Translations under genes and position numbers: made by a program
IMG/VR virus record: IMGVR_UViG_3300042519_003322
From: an uncultured virus (IMG/VR IMGVR_UViG_3300042519_003322)
Taxonomy: Duplodnaviria; Heunggongvirae; Uroviricota; Caudoviricetes
Direction: 5' to 3' (one strand)
Length of the DNA stretch: 64,000 nucleotides
Part shown: positions 44,124 through 53,268 of the stretch, one piece after another
Layout: each line of letters begins with the position of its first letter
Numbering within the stretch: position 1 is the stretch's first letter
The notes under the pieces: generated by a model
Told to the model about the DNA's origin: nothing
Seen by the model: the letters and a program-made list of their open reading frames with translations, nothing else
The model's database searches: none

Positions 44124-45149
44124 CTAAACAGCCGACAAGAGATAGTCCTGTGTCTTTAATTTAGCCCGTGACACCCACGAGTTGGCTGCCATCGACGCCA
44201 GCGCTCTTTCTGTCAAAGTAGCGTCACGATAGTGGTCTAGATATTCTCCGATTGCGTTCACGAGAGACCAACCGTTGTACCCGTAGTTTTTTGCGTTGTT
44301 ATCATTGGAGTAAATGGCACGAACAAGAGTGACTACTTCATCTCGGTTTTTTGACTGACGGTCTGTTGCGTCTTTTGCTATCGGGAATACGGTTGCTAGT
44401 GTCCTGTCAAGTATTTGTGACGATGCGGGAACACTGATTGACAAGAGTTTTTCTGCTGCTTGCGAAAATTCTTTTGCCCACGCATTAGAAATGTTTAGAA
44501 CCTCGTTGGCGTGTTCTATTGCCTTATCCGCATTGCGTGTGTGTCTCGCCGTAAATACTCGCTTTCCTGAAGCGATACCCGCAATAACGGTATTTTTACA
44601 TACGGCACGAATACTCGTATTCGCAAAAGTGATAGCAGTCTTACCGTCGTGTCCGTTGTGTACGAGTAGATATCTTTCTATTGTGTCGTTCACGCCTGTG
44701 GGGTCAATGACTAAAGAACCCATATCTATTGACGCAAAGAATTCTCGCCCGCCGTGGAGAACTCCACAAGTATCAACTACTGCGTCGCCACCCGTAGCCC
44801 CAACGATAGTGAGCGCATAATCTAGACACTCTCTATTTTGTTGGACTACATAGCGTGTCCCGACGGTTGCTAGCCCATCAAATGAGCCGTCGTCGTTCAC
44901 CCGTACAGTTGCCCGTGAGTCTGGAACGAGGATTACAGTTCCATCAGGTTGCCTAATCGGTTCACCATAGTTGTCGCACACAGCCACCCGTGCCGTTACT
45001 ACATCAAAGTCTGCCCCTGCTGCGGCGAGCATTGCGTCTGCTGTCTGGAGCCCTTTCATCGCCACGCCCATACGGTGCCAAGGGATTTCCCTATCGGCAT
45101 AAGCCATACGAGCCGTGCCGTCGTCGTTCATTTCTATCTGATGAGCCAT
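44124..45149 (-). CDS. DUF932 (phage/plasmid-like, TIGR03299-type) protein
   Basis: MAH.IE...PWH.MG; Y.V.QN; HDG; R.VC.NT; RHT; W.L.NA..EY.DH. Confidence 0.85.
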   Translation of the reverse strand: MAHQIEMNDDGTARMAYADREIPWHRMGVAMKGLQTADAMLAAAGADFDVVTARVAVCDNYGEPIRQPDGTVILVPDSRATVRVNDDGSFDGLATVGTRYVVQQNRECLDYALTIVGATGGDAVVDTCGVLHGGREFFASIDMGSLVIDPTGVNDTIERYLLVHNGHDGKTAITFANTSIRAVCKNTVIAGIASGKRVFTARHTRNADKAIEHANEVLNISNAWAKEFSQAAEKLLSISVPASSQILDRTLATVFPIAKDATDRQSKNRDEVVTLVRAIYSNDNNAKNYGYNGWSLVNAIGEYLDHYRDATLTERALASMAANSWVSRAKLKTQDYLLSAV

Positions 45150-45345
45150 TGCGTCTCCGTTTTCTGTTACTAGATAAATCTATCTGAAAAACTTGCCGTA
45201 TAGGGGAAGGAAATCTAACGGGGCTCCCGCGGACAAAAAGAGAACGGCTAGGCGTTTGGGGTTTTCCCCTCGCTTGCGAGGGGCGAGCGTGGGGGGGTAA
45301 TAGATAACTCTCGCAAGTCTGTACCCCCCGTGGTACAGTTCGGGT

Positions 45346-45840
45346 ATGAACCGAACCGAACTTCTCAACTTAGTCCGAACCACAAGCCTCAACCTGATGA
45401 ACGCCTGCGAGGGCGACGGAACCATTTACGCCTGCTACGGAGATGATGAAATCATCGCTGAGTTCCCAGGGCTTATGACCAAGGCGCAAGTCATCGCCAA
45501 GGTTCGCAAGATGGACAGCGCAACCGCCGACCACCTGAACGAGGTGCTTATGTTTTCGGGTGAGTACGAAATGGTGAACGGCGTCGCCGTTTCCAAATAC
45601 GAACTAGAACGCCAAGCCGAACTTGCCCATAAAGCGGAAGCCGACACCGACGCAGACGGCGAAGCCTACGGAGAGTTCGTGATGAATTGGGTTATGGGCG
45701 GTGGACTCGCAAGCGACGCACCACAAGCGTGGCGACAGAAAGTTCTCGGAGAAGAACCCGTGCCTTACTATATGGACATGACCCCCGAAGAGCGCGAACG
45801 AGATAATATCCGCTTTGAGATGGAACAGGAAGGGTGGTGA
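45346..45840 (+). CDS. Hypothetical protein (leaderless)
   Basis: ATG 6 nt after TACAGT -10. Confidence 0.65.
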   Translation: MNRTELLNLVRTTSLNLMNACEGDGTIYACYGDDEIIAEFPGLMTKAQVIAKVRKMDSATADHLNEVLMFSGEYEMVNGVAVSKYELERQAELAHKAEADTDADGEAYGEFVMNWVMGGGLASDAPQAWRQKVLGEEPVPYYMDMTPEERERDNIRFEMEQEGW

Positions 45841-46089
45841 CCCCAACGGGAGTAGATAACTCGGCGCACACTTGCCCGACCTAGCCCCCTCTCACCTCTA
45901 GAGCGAGGACAAGCAAGCGAGCGCATTTCTCGCTTGTGCGTCAGCCCAACGAGCGAAGCGAGGCGGGAGAGTCAAGAATTATTGCGGGGCTCCTGGCCGC
46001 TAGGGGCGGGCGTGGGGGGTGATAGATAAGTTTAGAAGTCTGTACCCGTGGTGGTACGCTAAAGGTATCCAAGTGAAAGGGGATACGAA

Positions 46090-46278
46090 ATGTCAGATAC
46101 ATTCAGCATCTATCGGGTAGCGGTATTGACAGACGGGCGAACGGTAAAGACCGTAGACGGAACGGGCTTTCGTAGTGAGAAATCCGCTATGAAACATCTC
46201 GGGCTAGCGTTCTACTTTCCTGAAACGAGAGAAAATGAGCGCTCAGTCGATATCATCGTCGCCCGAACGATGCACTAA
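46090..46278 (+). CDS. Small hypothetical protein
   Basis: Promoter at 46032; GAAAGGGG RBS. Confidence 0.6.
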   Translation: MSDTFSIYRVAVLTDGRTVKTVDGTGFRSEKSAMKHLGLAFYFPETRENERSVDIIVARTMH

Positions 46279-46446
46279 CAACGCCGAAAAGTTATCTACT
46301 CTCACTCACGGGCGGTGGTGAGAGTAGATAACAGGTGGCGACTCCTAGCGGTCTACTTCTACTGAGCAAGGCGCACAAGCACCGAGCCGACAACTTATCT
46401 ACTCTCATAGATGAGCGCCGACACGGTGCGTGCGTCGTGTACCGAA

Positions 46447-47148
46447 CTAGTACGCCTGTGGTGCTTCTACCGTGAACGGTATTTTGCACTTAGGACACAA
46501 GGGGGACTCTGACCCTGCTTCGCCGAATATCGGTGACTCATCATCGGCGAGCGAGTACCCGTGAACAAGGGAGACCGCTTCGCCGTAGTTCACACTCACT
46601 GAGTGCTCTTCATCGTTCGGGCAGTGGAGATAATAATCGGCGTTGTCATACGGGAACGCTTCCGCCATATCAACCGTGACACGGAACGCCCTAGGCGTGG
46701 TATATCCGCCTCGGACATCTGCGCCCCCGTGTATTTGGAGTAGGACAAAAACTTCGTCACCGTCTGAGAATGTCACGCCCTGTAATGTCTGCGATAGTGA
46801 GTCATTCCCGTTATAGGTATTCCACGAATGAGCACTGCTGTCTTTTTCGGTTGCGAAACTTTCGGCTAATCCGAGGTGACTATCATCGGGGTTTGCTTCG
46901 CAGAAACTACGGAACTCTTCGTCTAAGAGTGGCGCATACTCAAGACGGTTGGTGAGGTAGTGATAGACAGAGAGCGTTACGCCCCAACTGTCTGCCCACG
47001 CTTCGGGTTCGCTGTTCCACTCTGAGAGCGTGCGCCCGTTATTCTTTTGCCAATGCCTCCCGTAGGCATCGCCACTATCTAGGATATGACGACCCGTGTT
47101 CTCCGTGAGCATTTCCGCAATAACTTGCTGGCTTGTGATTGTACGCAT
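46447..47148 (-). CDS. Conserved phage hypothetical protein
   Basis: ENTG.H.LDSG.AYGR.W; NTYN; QIHGGADVRGGYT. Confidence 0.65.
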   Translation of the reverse strand: MRTITSQQVIAEMLTENTGRHILDSGDAYGRHWQKNNGRTLSEWNSEPEAWADSWGVTLSVYHYLTNRLEYAPLLDEEFRSFCEANPDDSHLGLAESFATEKDSSAHSWNTYNGNDSLSQTLQGVTFSDGDEVFVLLQIHGGADVRGGYTTPRAFRVTVDMAEAFPYDNADYYLHCPNDEEHSVSVNYGEAVSLVHGYSLADDESPIFGEAGSESPLCPKCKIPFTVEAPQAY

Positions 47149-48099
47149 TTTGGATTTTCCCTTTCCGTGTAGATGTCAATACTGTACCACTAGGCGGACA
47201 GATTTAGTTATCTACTCTAAGTGGAGACAACTTATCTATTACCCCCCCACGCACCCTGTAAAAAAGGTATTTGTTTCGTGTTCGTGGGTAGGAGCCCCGC
47301 TCATTTGCTTCAGGAGATTATTTGTCCTGATGTCATGCGGTACATAACGGCATAGCAGTAACCCCTGCGTTGTTTCGTTCTGCTCTCGACTTCGGATAGC
47401 TTCCGTTCTGAGAGCCGGCCCATTTCATCCGGTGACCAATAGATGTCCAACTCCATCTCGGTATCTCTCATAAGCGATACGAGGTTTACTTCACTACCCG
47501 TGGCACTCTGGGGCGTCACGCCTGCGTCACGGCAGGCACGAAAAACTTTTGTTAGAAACAATGAACAAGTGAGCATCTGTTCTAAGTTTTCTTCATCGGT
47601 CAGGTAGTCGTTGGTCAGGTACGAAACACGAATGGACTGATGGAGGGCGTGGGGTGGCCTGTAAATTCCTGACACAGAGAGAGAGTACCACTCACTGTGC
47701 GGGCGGGTGTCCTATCCCCACTGAACTGTGTTCGTCGGTCTCTCTTCCGGCTCTACGGCAAGAACTTCTAGAAAGCTTCCCTGCTCTAGTAACTGATGAA
47801 CCATAGACACAGCTTCATCGATGCTCGATGGTGCGTCTATGTCATCTCTTTTACGGACTACGACGGTTATGCGGTAAGTGTTCATACCTAGCACCATACC
47901 GCATTACACAGTCGGGCAACACTCTGAGCCTGATAGTGCGTTTCACACGGGATACTTCTGATAATGCGTTGCGTACCATCTGAGGTAGGTACGGCTAACC
48001 ACACTTCTACGGTATTCCCAATGGTGTTGATATGAATGACTGTTCCTACCAATGAGAGTTTATCAATGGTGGTGGAGTGTAGGTCTAATGAGTTCATAG

Positions 48100-50220
48100 G
48101 TTCGTATCGTACCGTGACGGTGGTGGGTAGTCAATGGTATGGCTATCGGTATTGAGTAAGGGGTGGTAGAGGATAGGTATCCAATCAGATACCCGTAGGG
48201 TACCCGTGGCACTTGGCGATTTCGGGGGCTAAGGGGGTCAAGCACTAAGTGGAAAGTGTTAGGGGGCATAAGGGGGCATAAGGGGGATGGTGGTACGAGG
48301 GGTGGGTAGGCGTATAGATAGGCGCATAGTCATATGTTGCGGGGTGAAAGCGTCGCAAACTGCGGGGTGTGAGGGCAGGCGTACGAGGCAGGCGAGTAGT
48401 GGGGTGCGTATCACGATGTATCACGATGTATCACAATGGGTCACAATGGGTCATCGAGCAAGAGGTAGGTGGGCGAGGAGTATGAGCAAGGGGTCAAGGG
48501 GCAAGAGTAGATAAGGGTATGAGGTGGGGTAGGGATAGGTAGCGAGGGTAGGTGGCAAGGGTGAAGGTGTCGAGGTACTAGGTGGGGGTGGTAGGGGTAT
48601 GAGTACCCGTGGCATACCCGTGGCACTTGGCGATTTCCGGTCAAGGGGTTCAGTGGTGAAGGTGACGAAAGACAAGGGCGATGAACAGCGAGGGGCAAGG
48701 GTGAATGAATGAGTGAGTGATATGAGCAATGGTATGAGGGTAGGCACTAGGTGAAGGGAAGGCTATGAGTGAGTGAGTGGTGCGAGGTAGGGGGTATCAG
48801 TAGCGAGTGAGGCGCTATGTATGTATGTATGTATGTATGTATGTATGTATGTATGTATGTATGTATGTATGTATGTATGTATGAGGGGTATTAGTGAATG
48901 AGTGATATGAGTGATATGAGTGAATGAGATATGTAATAGGGGCATTAGGTAAGGGGCAATAGGTGAGCGAGTGAGGTGAGTGACTAGGTAAGGGTATTAG
49001 GTAAGTGGCGTAGGTGAGTAGTAATGAGCATGAGCAATGAATGAGTAGTGAGTGGGTAGTCATAGGCACGAGTAGTGATGAATGGTGCTAGGTGGGGTGG
49101 GTGGTATGAGTGAGCGATGGGTGAGGGGTATGAGTTAGTAAGTGAGCGAGGTAGGTGATGGTATGAGGTGATGGTGAGAGGTAGGGGGTGATGGTATGAG
49201 GGGTATGAATGAATGAGGTAGGTGATGGTGAGAGGTAGGGGGTGATGGTATGAGGGGTATGAATGAATGAGGTAGGTGATGGTGAGAGGTATGAGTGAAT
49301 GAGGGGTATGAGTGAATGAATGAATGAGTAGTGATGAATGGTGTTAGGTGAGTGAGTGATATGAGGTGAGGGGTATGAGTGAATGAGGTAGGTGATGGTA
49401 GGGGGTATGAGTAGTGAATGAATGAACGAATGAATGAATGATGGCAAGGGGTATTAGTAGTGAGTGATATGAGTAAGGGTGGTGGGGTATGACTACCCGT
49501 GAGATACCCGTAGCACTTGGCGAAAGTGATACGAGGTCAAGGGTACGAGGTAATGGGTGATGAGTGATAGGGGGTGATGAGCAGTAGGGGTGGTGGTGAT
49601 GAGCAAGGGGTATGGGTGAATGGTGATGAGTAATGGGGATAGGTGATAGGGGTATTGGTATGAGTGAGGGGTATGGGTACAGGTAAGGGGTATGGCTATG
49701 AGGTGAGGGGTATTGGTATGGGATACCCGTAGCACCTAGCGATTTCACTTATCTACTCTATTGCTTTGAGGCATTGCGTTGATGGTGTGCCTGCCCTATG
49801 CGTTGCGTTGATGGCATTGCGCATTGCGTCGTATGCGTATTGCTTATGCGTTGCGTCGTATGCGTTGCGTTTCATTGAGGCGTTGCGTCGCGTCGCGTCG
49901 TTGTATGTTGTGTGTTTCGTTTCGCTAGTGCGTTGCGATGTTGCTAGTGCGTTGCGTTTCATTGCGTGTTGCTAGTGCGTTTCGTTGAGGCATTGCGTAT
50001 TGCGTATTGCGTTGCGTGTTTCGTTGAGGCATTGCGTTTTGTTTTGTGTTTCGTTGAGGCGTTGCGTATTGCGTTTCATTTCGTATTGCGTTGCGTTTCG
50101 TGTTTAGTTCAGGGCATTGCGTTTCGTTGCGATGTTGCGTTTCGTCGTTGTGTATTGCGTTTCGTCATAGCGTGTTGCGTCGTTGCGTCATAGCGTGTTG
50201 CGTCGTTGCGTGTTGCGTTG
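48100..50220. repeat. Low-complexity, strand-biased non-coding tract
   Basis: G-rich, C-poor + strand to about 49740; (TATG)x17 at 48816-48883; 54-bp tandem unit at about 49165-49290; degenerate (GCGTT)n at about 49770-50220. Confidence 0.85.
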
Positions 50221-50538
50221 GACTTATCTATTACCCCCCCCCGTAAGCATTATCCGCCACCCCCGTAAGCATTATTCGCAAGCACTGCCCGCCCGCCCGA
50301 CTGTCCCGAACCCGACTATCGCTAGTCACTATGGGGCACTTCATTAGTGCGAGTGGGCGAATGACACTCCCCCATAACGGCGAAAAATGGGGGTGCTCTG
50401 TGAGCCCCGCACGCTTTCCGAACGCGTCAGATAGCGGTGGGCAGCCATAAATCAAAATTTAGAGCCCCTCTTTTTTTGTTTAAATTTATCCAATATCCTG
50501 AGTTGTCATAGGCCGGCGCCATACTGTATCCTCGCCTT

Positions 50539-51076
50539 ATGAGCACAATCTATGGTTATGACGAATTTTGCATCTTTGTACGCCAGGAGTATGACTATCT
50601 GAAGGCCGTCGACCCATCGATTCTCTTTGGGCAGGTGTATTTCAACTGTTTATGGGAGTTTCGACCCAACATCGCCAACAAGATTCGCGCTACCAAGTAT
50701 GACCCTTTTCACAAAGAGGAGGTTCATCCTTCCATTCACGTTCATGTCAAGGATTTGTGGGATGAGATGAATATGCAAGTTCTTTCGGGGGAGTAGTAGT
50801 GGTTTTGGGGTCTCGAGACCATATATATTTGTTGTCATGACTACAATCATTGCCGCATCCGTCATTGTGCTGTTTCTGTGGGTGTTCACCATAGCCATTG
50901 AGAGGGTGCTGGATGATAAAAGATGTGCTCGCTGCGGTACATGGGATAGGGCACGCTCTATGGTCAAATTAGACCCCTCTCCGGGCAAATCCGGCAAGAA
51001 GAGTGATGAGAAGTTCTGGCATACAGACTGTTTCCTCCTCAGCCATCCTGGCGTCGACCCCCCTTCCCCAAAATAG
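50539..51076 (+). CDS. Two small hypothetical proteins (50539-50796, 50837-51076)
   Basis: ORF track; second has a TM plus CxxC/HxxC. Confidence 0.5.
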
Positions 51077-51416
51077 GGGAACAATTCACATCCCAATTGG
51101 GTATCCGTCTGGCTATTCCGACTCCCTTCCGTGGAGGAATAAAAGGCCGGCGCTTATTTTTCTGACTCATATTTAGGGGGACCCCTATAAATTTGAGAGG
51201 CATTGAGCACTGTCGGATAAATTTATCCAGAATATGTAGGTCCCTAAAAAAAAAACGCGATTTGCTGTCGCTTTTGTGTTTAATGGAGTTATCCCCGGGG
51301 GCGGGTTGCCTTCGGCCGGTCCGTGCACTAGGATGTGTAAATGGTATAATTAACTACCACCAAATAAGAGCCCACTATTAACAGGGCCGTCCGTATTCCC
51401 CAAACACAGGAGATAA

Positions 51417-51956
51417 ATGAAATATCCGCTGAAACTTCTATTTTCCATACCCGCCATACTTCTAGCTGTTGCAGTTGGAGTGAATGCTCAAGGAAGAGAG
51501 GAAGAAAGCGTGAGCCTTACAACGACAATTGTCGCCCCTGCCGTTACAACAACGACACCGCCGATAACTGTTGTTCCAGTTGTTACAACAACTGTGGTGA
51601 CGCTTCCTGAAGGCTTCTCTCTGCCGACGCTTCCTCCCGAGGTTCCGTGTCAAGAATGGGCTCAAACGGCACTCGATGCTGGATGGCCTTGGCACCTACT
51701 CCCCGAACTTCTACGTGAAGTCTGGTCCGAGTCTCGTTGTCAGAATGTGATTGAGGGTCACCCTCAATGGAATGGTCATGACCGAGGACCACTTCAAATC
51801 AACCAAGTTTGGCTTGATGACATTGAAGCAAAGTATGGTGACTGGCGTGTAGTCAATGACCCTCGTTACAACTTTGCTTGGGCATGGGAAATGTACAGAT
51901 GGCATGAGGACCACGGCTACTGTGGCTTCAAGCCATGGTCACGTCCGTGTAAGTGA
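51417..51956 (+). CDS. Secreted lytic transglycosylase (SLT/lysozyme-like)
   Basis: Signal peptide, Thr-rich linker, ESRC, GPLQIN, DP..N, PW. Confidence 0.75.
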   Translation: MKYPLKLLFSIPAILLAVAVGVNAQGREEESVSLTTTIVAPAVTTTTPPITVVPVVTTTVVTLPEGFSLPTLPPEVPCQEWAQTALDAGWPWHLLPELLREVWSESRCQNVIEGHPQWNGHDRGPLQINQVWLDDIEAKYGDWRVVNDPRYNFAWAWEMYRWHEDHGYCGFKPWSRPCK

Positions 51957-51967
51957 GAGGAAACAAA

Positions 51968-52480
51968 ATGAAGCTATTAAAAAGATGGTTAATTGGCATT
52001 GTTCTCGTATCCCTAGTTGTGACCGTGGCTACCTGCGGTGCCGGCGAGGACAAGGCGAAAGCAGCACAAACGGTCAGTACAACAGCCCCTATTGATTTAT
52101 CTGGAGTCAATTGGACCGAACTAGCTCGTTTTATGTACGGGCGGTGCGGTGAATACCACGACTTGGCTATTTCGGTTGGCTGGACTGAGGCGCATTGGAA
52201 GAAGTTGAGTTTCGTGATGTACCGTGAATCACGTTGTAATACAATGTCATTCAATAGGACTGACCCAAATGGCGGAAGTCGTGGGCTCATTCAAATCAAC
52301 GGCTACTGGTGCAAAAAGAACAAGTACAACCCAACTGGCTGGCTTCAGGCAAAGGGAATCCTCAATACTTGCGAGGACTTGTTTATCCCTGAAGTCAATC
52401 TACGTGCAGGATTGGCCATGTGGAATTACAGCCAAGAACGCAACAAGTGTGGCTGGAGGCCTTGGGCAACCAGGTGCTAA
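51968..52480 (+). CDS. Secreted lytic transglycosylase (SLT/lysozyme-like), second copy
   Basis: N-terminal TM/signal, RESRC, GLIQIN, P.VNL, GWRPW. Confidence 0.8.
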   Translation: MKLLKRWLIGIVLVSLVVTVATCGAGEDKAKAAQTVSTTAPIDLSGVNWTELARFMYGRCGEYHDLAISVGWTEAHWKKLSFVMYRESRCNTMSFNRTDPNGGSRGLIQINGYWCKKNKYNPTGWLQAKGILNTCEDLFIPEVNLRAGLAMWNYSQERNKCGWRPWATRC

Positions 52481-52645
52481 TTGTACATTTTCTCATGTGG
52501 GTGATTTAGTGCCACGACAATAAGTTGCGCATATTGCCTATCGACGGTGCCTATTTCTTCCCAGACGTCAATTTCATGAGTGGAGCACAATAGCGTGCAA
52601 ATAGATGGATTATCGGCGTTATAGGAGTAGGCGTAAATACGACCT

Positions 52646-52879
52646 TCATCCAATTTCGTCATCTCCAAAAATATTTGCGGATTCCTCGTTGAGTATACGG
52701 AGGGTCTCTTCTTTGAGTGAAGAGTTCGACATCCGACTTGATACTTCATGGCCTTTTGACGTAGCGCCCCAAAGCCATTCGCCGTCGGCATTCATACCCA
52801 CGACCTCTATTAGGCCTAGTCTTCTCAAATATTCCATGTCGTTAATGATTTGATTGTCGGTATATTCTTCGTCCATCAT
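52646..52879 (-). CDS. Small winged-helix-like protein (paralog of 12326-12574)
   Basis: DMEYLRRLGLIE..GEWLWGATSKG. Confidence 0.6.
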   Translation of the reverse strand: MMDEEYTDNQIINDMEYLRRLGLIEVVGMNADGEWLWGATSKGHEVSSRMSNSSLKEETLRILNEESANIFGDDEIG

Positions 52880-52950
52880 GTGGGCATTTTACCTAGACGA
52901 AATCACGATGTCAACGCGAACTTCTTCTTAAATCCGAGACTTAATTCTTC

Positions 52951-53268
52951 TTAGGCGTGATTGCAGCATGGCGTCGAGGAGCTCGAGTTGCTTTGATGAC
53001 AATTCTGCCCAATGGTCTGGGCAAGTAAAGGAAATGTCTCGAGAAACTTCACAACACAATCGTGGCAGAGAATCCATTCCCTGGAACGCATATACCCAGA
53101 GAGTACGTCAGTGTTGTCGTCGAATCCCCCGTAGTAGCCGAACGTATCAAACGGCAGCACCCAACCCAGGTCAGGGTATGACCGTTGTTGCGTGCATGGC
53201 AGCAAAGAAAGACATGCTGAACATTGAGCGGTTTTCGGCCCTTCGGGGAATAAGGAAGCCTGGGTCAT
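52951..53268 (-). CDS. Cys-rich hypothetical protein
   Basis: CSAC, LCHDC. Confidence 0.5.
   Translation of the reverse strand: MTQASLFPEGPKTAQCSACLSLLPCTQQRSYPDLGWVLPFDTFGYYGGFDDNTDVLSGYMRSREWILCHDCVVKFLETFPLLAQTIGQNCHQSNSSSSTPCCNHA

Larger units (their letters stand above)
23140..47209. promoter_or_regulatory. Family of about 25 promoters, (TTGGAA/TTAGAA-like)-GTCTGTACC-N5-TGG-TAnnnT with a 17-nt spacer
   Basis: Minus strand near 23150, 23995, 25030, 26180, 28310, 29460, 30160, 31155, 31780, 32900, 34010, 34460, 35135, 35628, 36585, 37745, 38115, 38518, 39300, 39995, 47195; plus strand at 40175, 40986, 45311, 46032; nearly all directly upstream of a co-oriented gene. Confidence 0.85.
20287..49759. 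repeat. Dispersed 13-bp motif A (AGAGTAGATAAGT / ACTTATCTACTCT), >70 copies
   Basis: About 56 TTATCTACT copies on + (e.g. 20290, 20812, 21591, 23214/35/64, 24276, 26708, 28942, 32391, 36757/86/814, 37185, 49749; one outlier at 17314) and about 18 reverse (e.g. 33412, 40584, 40854, 41568, 43594, 45850), counted by eye. Confidence 0.95.
23321..50242. repeat. Motif B (TTATCTATTACCCCCC / GGGGGGTAATAGATAA), about 21 copies
   Basis: Plus: 23321, 26274, 28377, 28441, 29488, 30236, 31883, 32920, 34100, 35754, 36646, 38133, 39349, 47232, 50224; reverse: about 30347, 33029, 40157, 40967, 45291, 46014. Confidence 0.93.

Noticed and set aside
23025..47347. ORFs containing DLSTL, YLLS, IYYPP or GVIDK peptides spanning intergenic modules
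   Set aside because: Read-throughs of motifs A and B, mostly antisense to the real genes
48063..50193. His/Thr/Pro-rich and Cys/Arg-rich ORFs in the ORF track
   Set aside because: Translations of simple-sequence DNA with no RBS; treated as spurious
20280..50250. Classical integron cassette array
   Set aside because: No intI in the window, no GTTRRRY attC cores noticed, and cassettes carry their own promoters in both orientations
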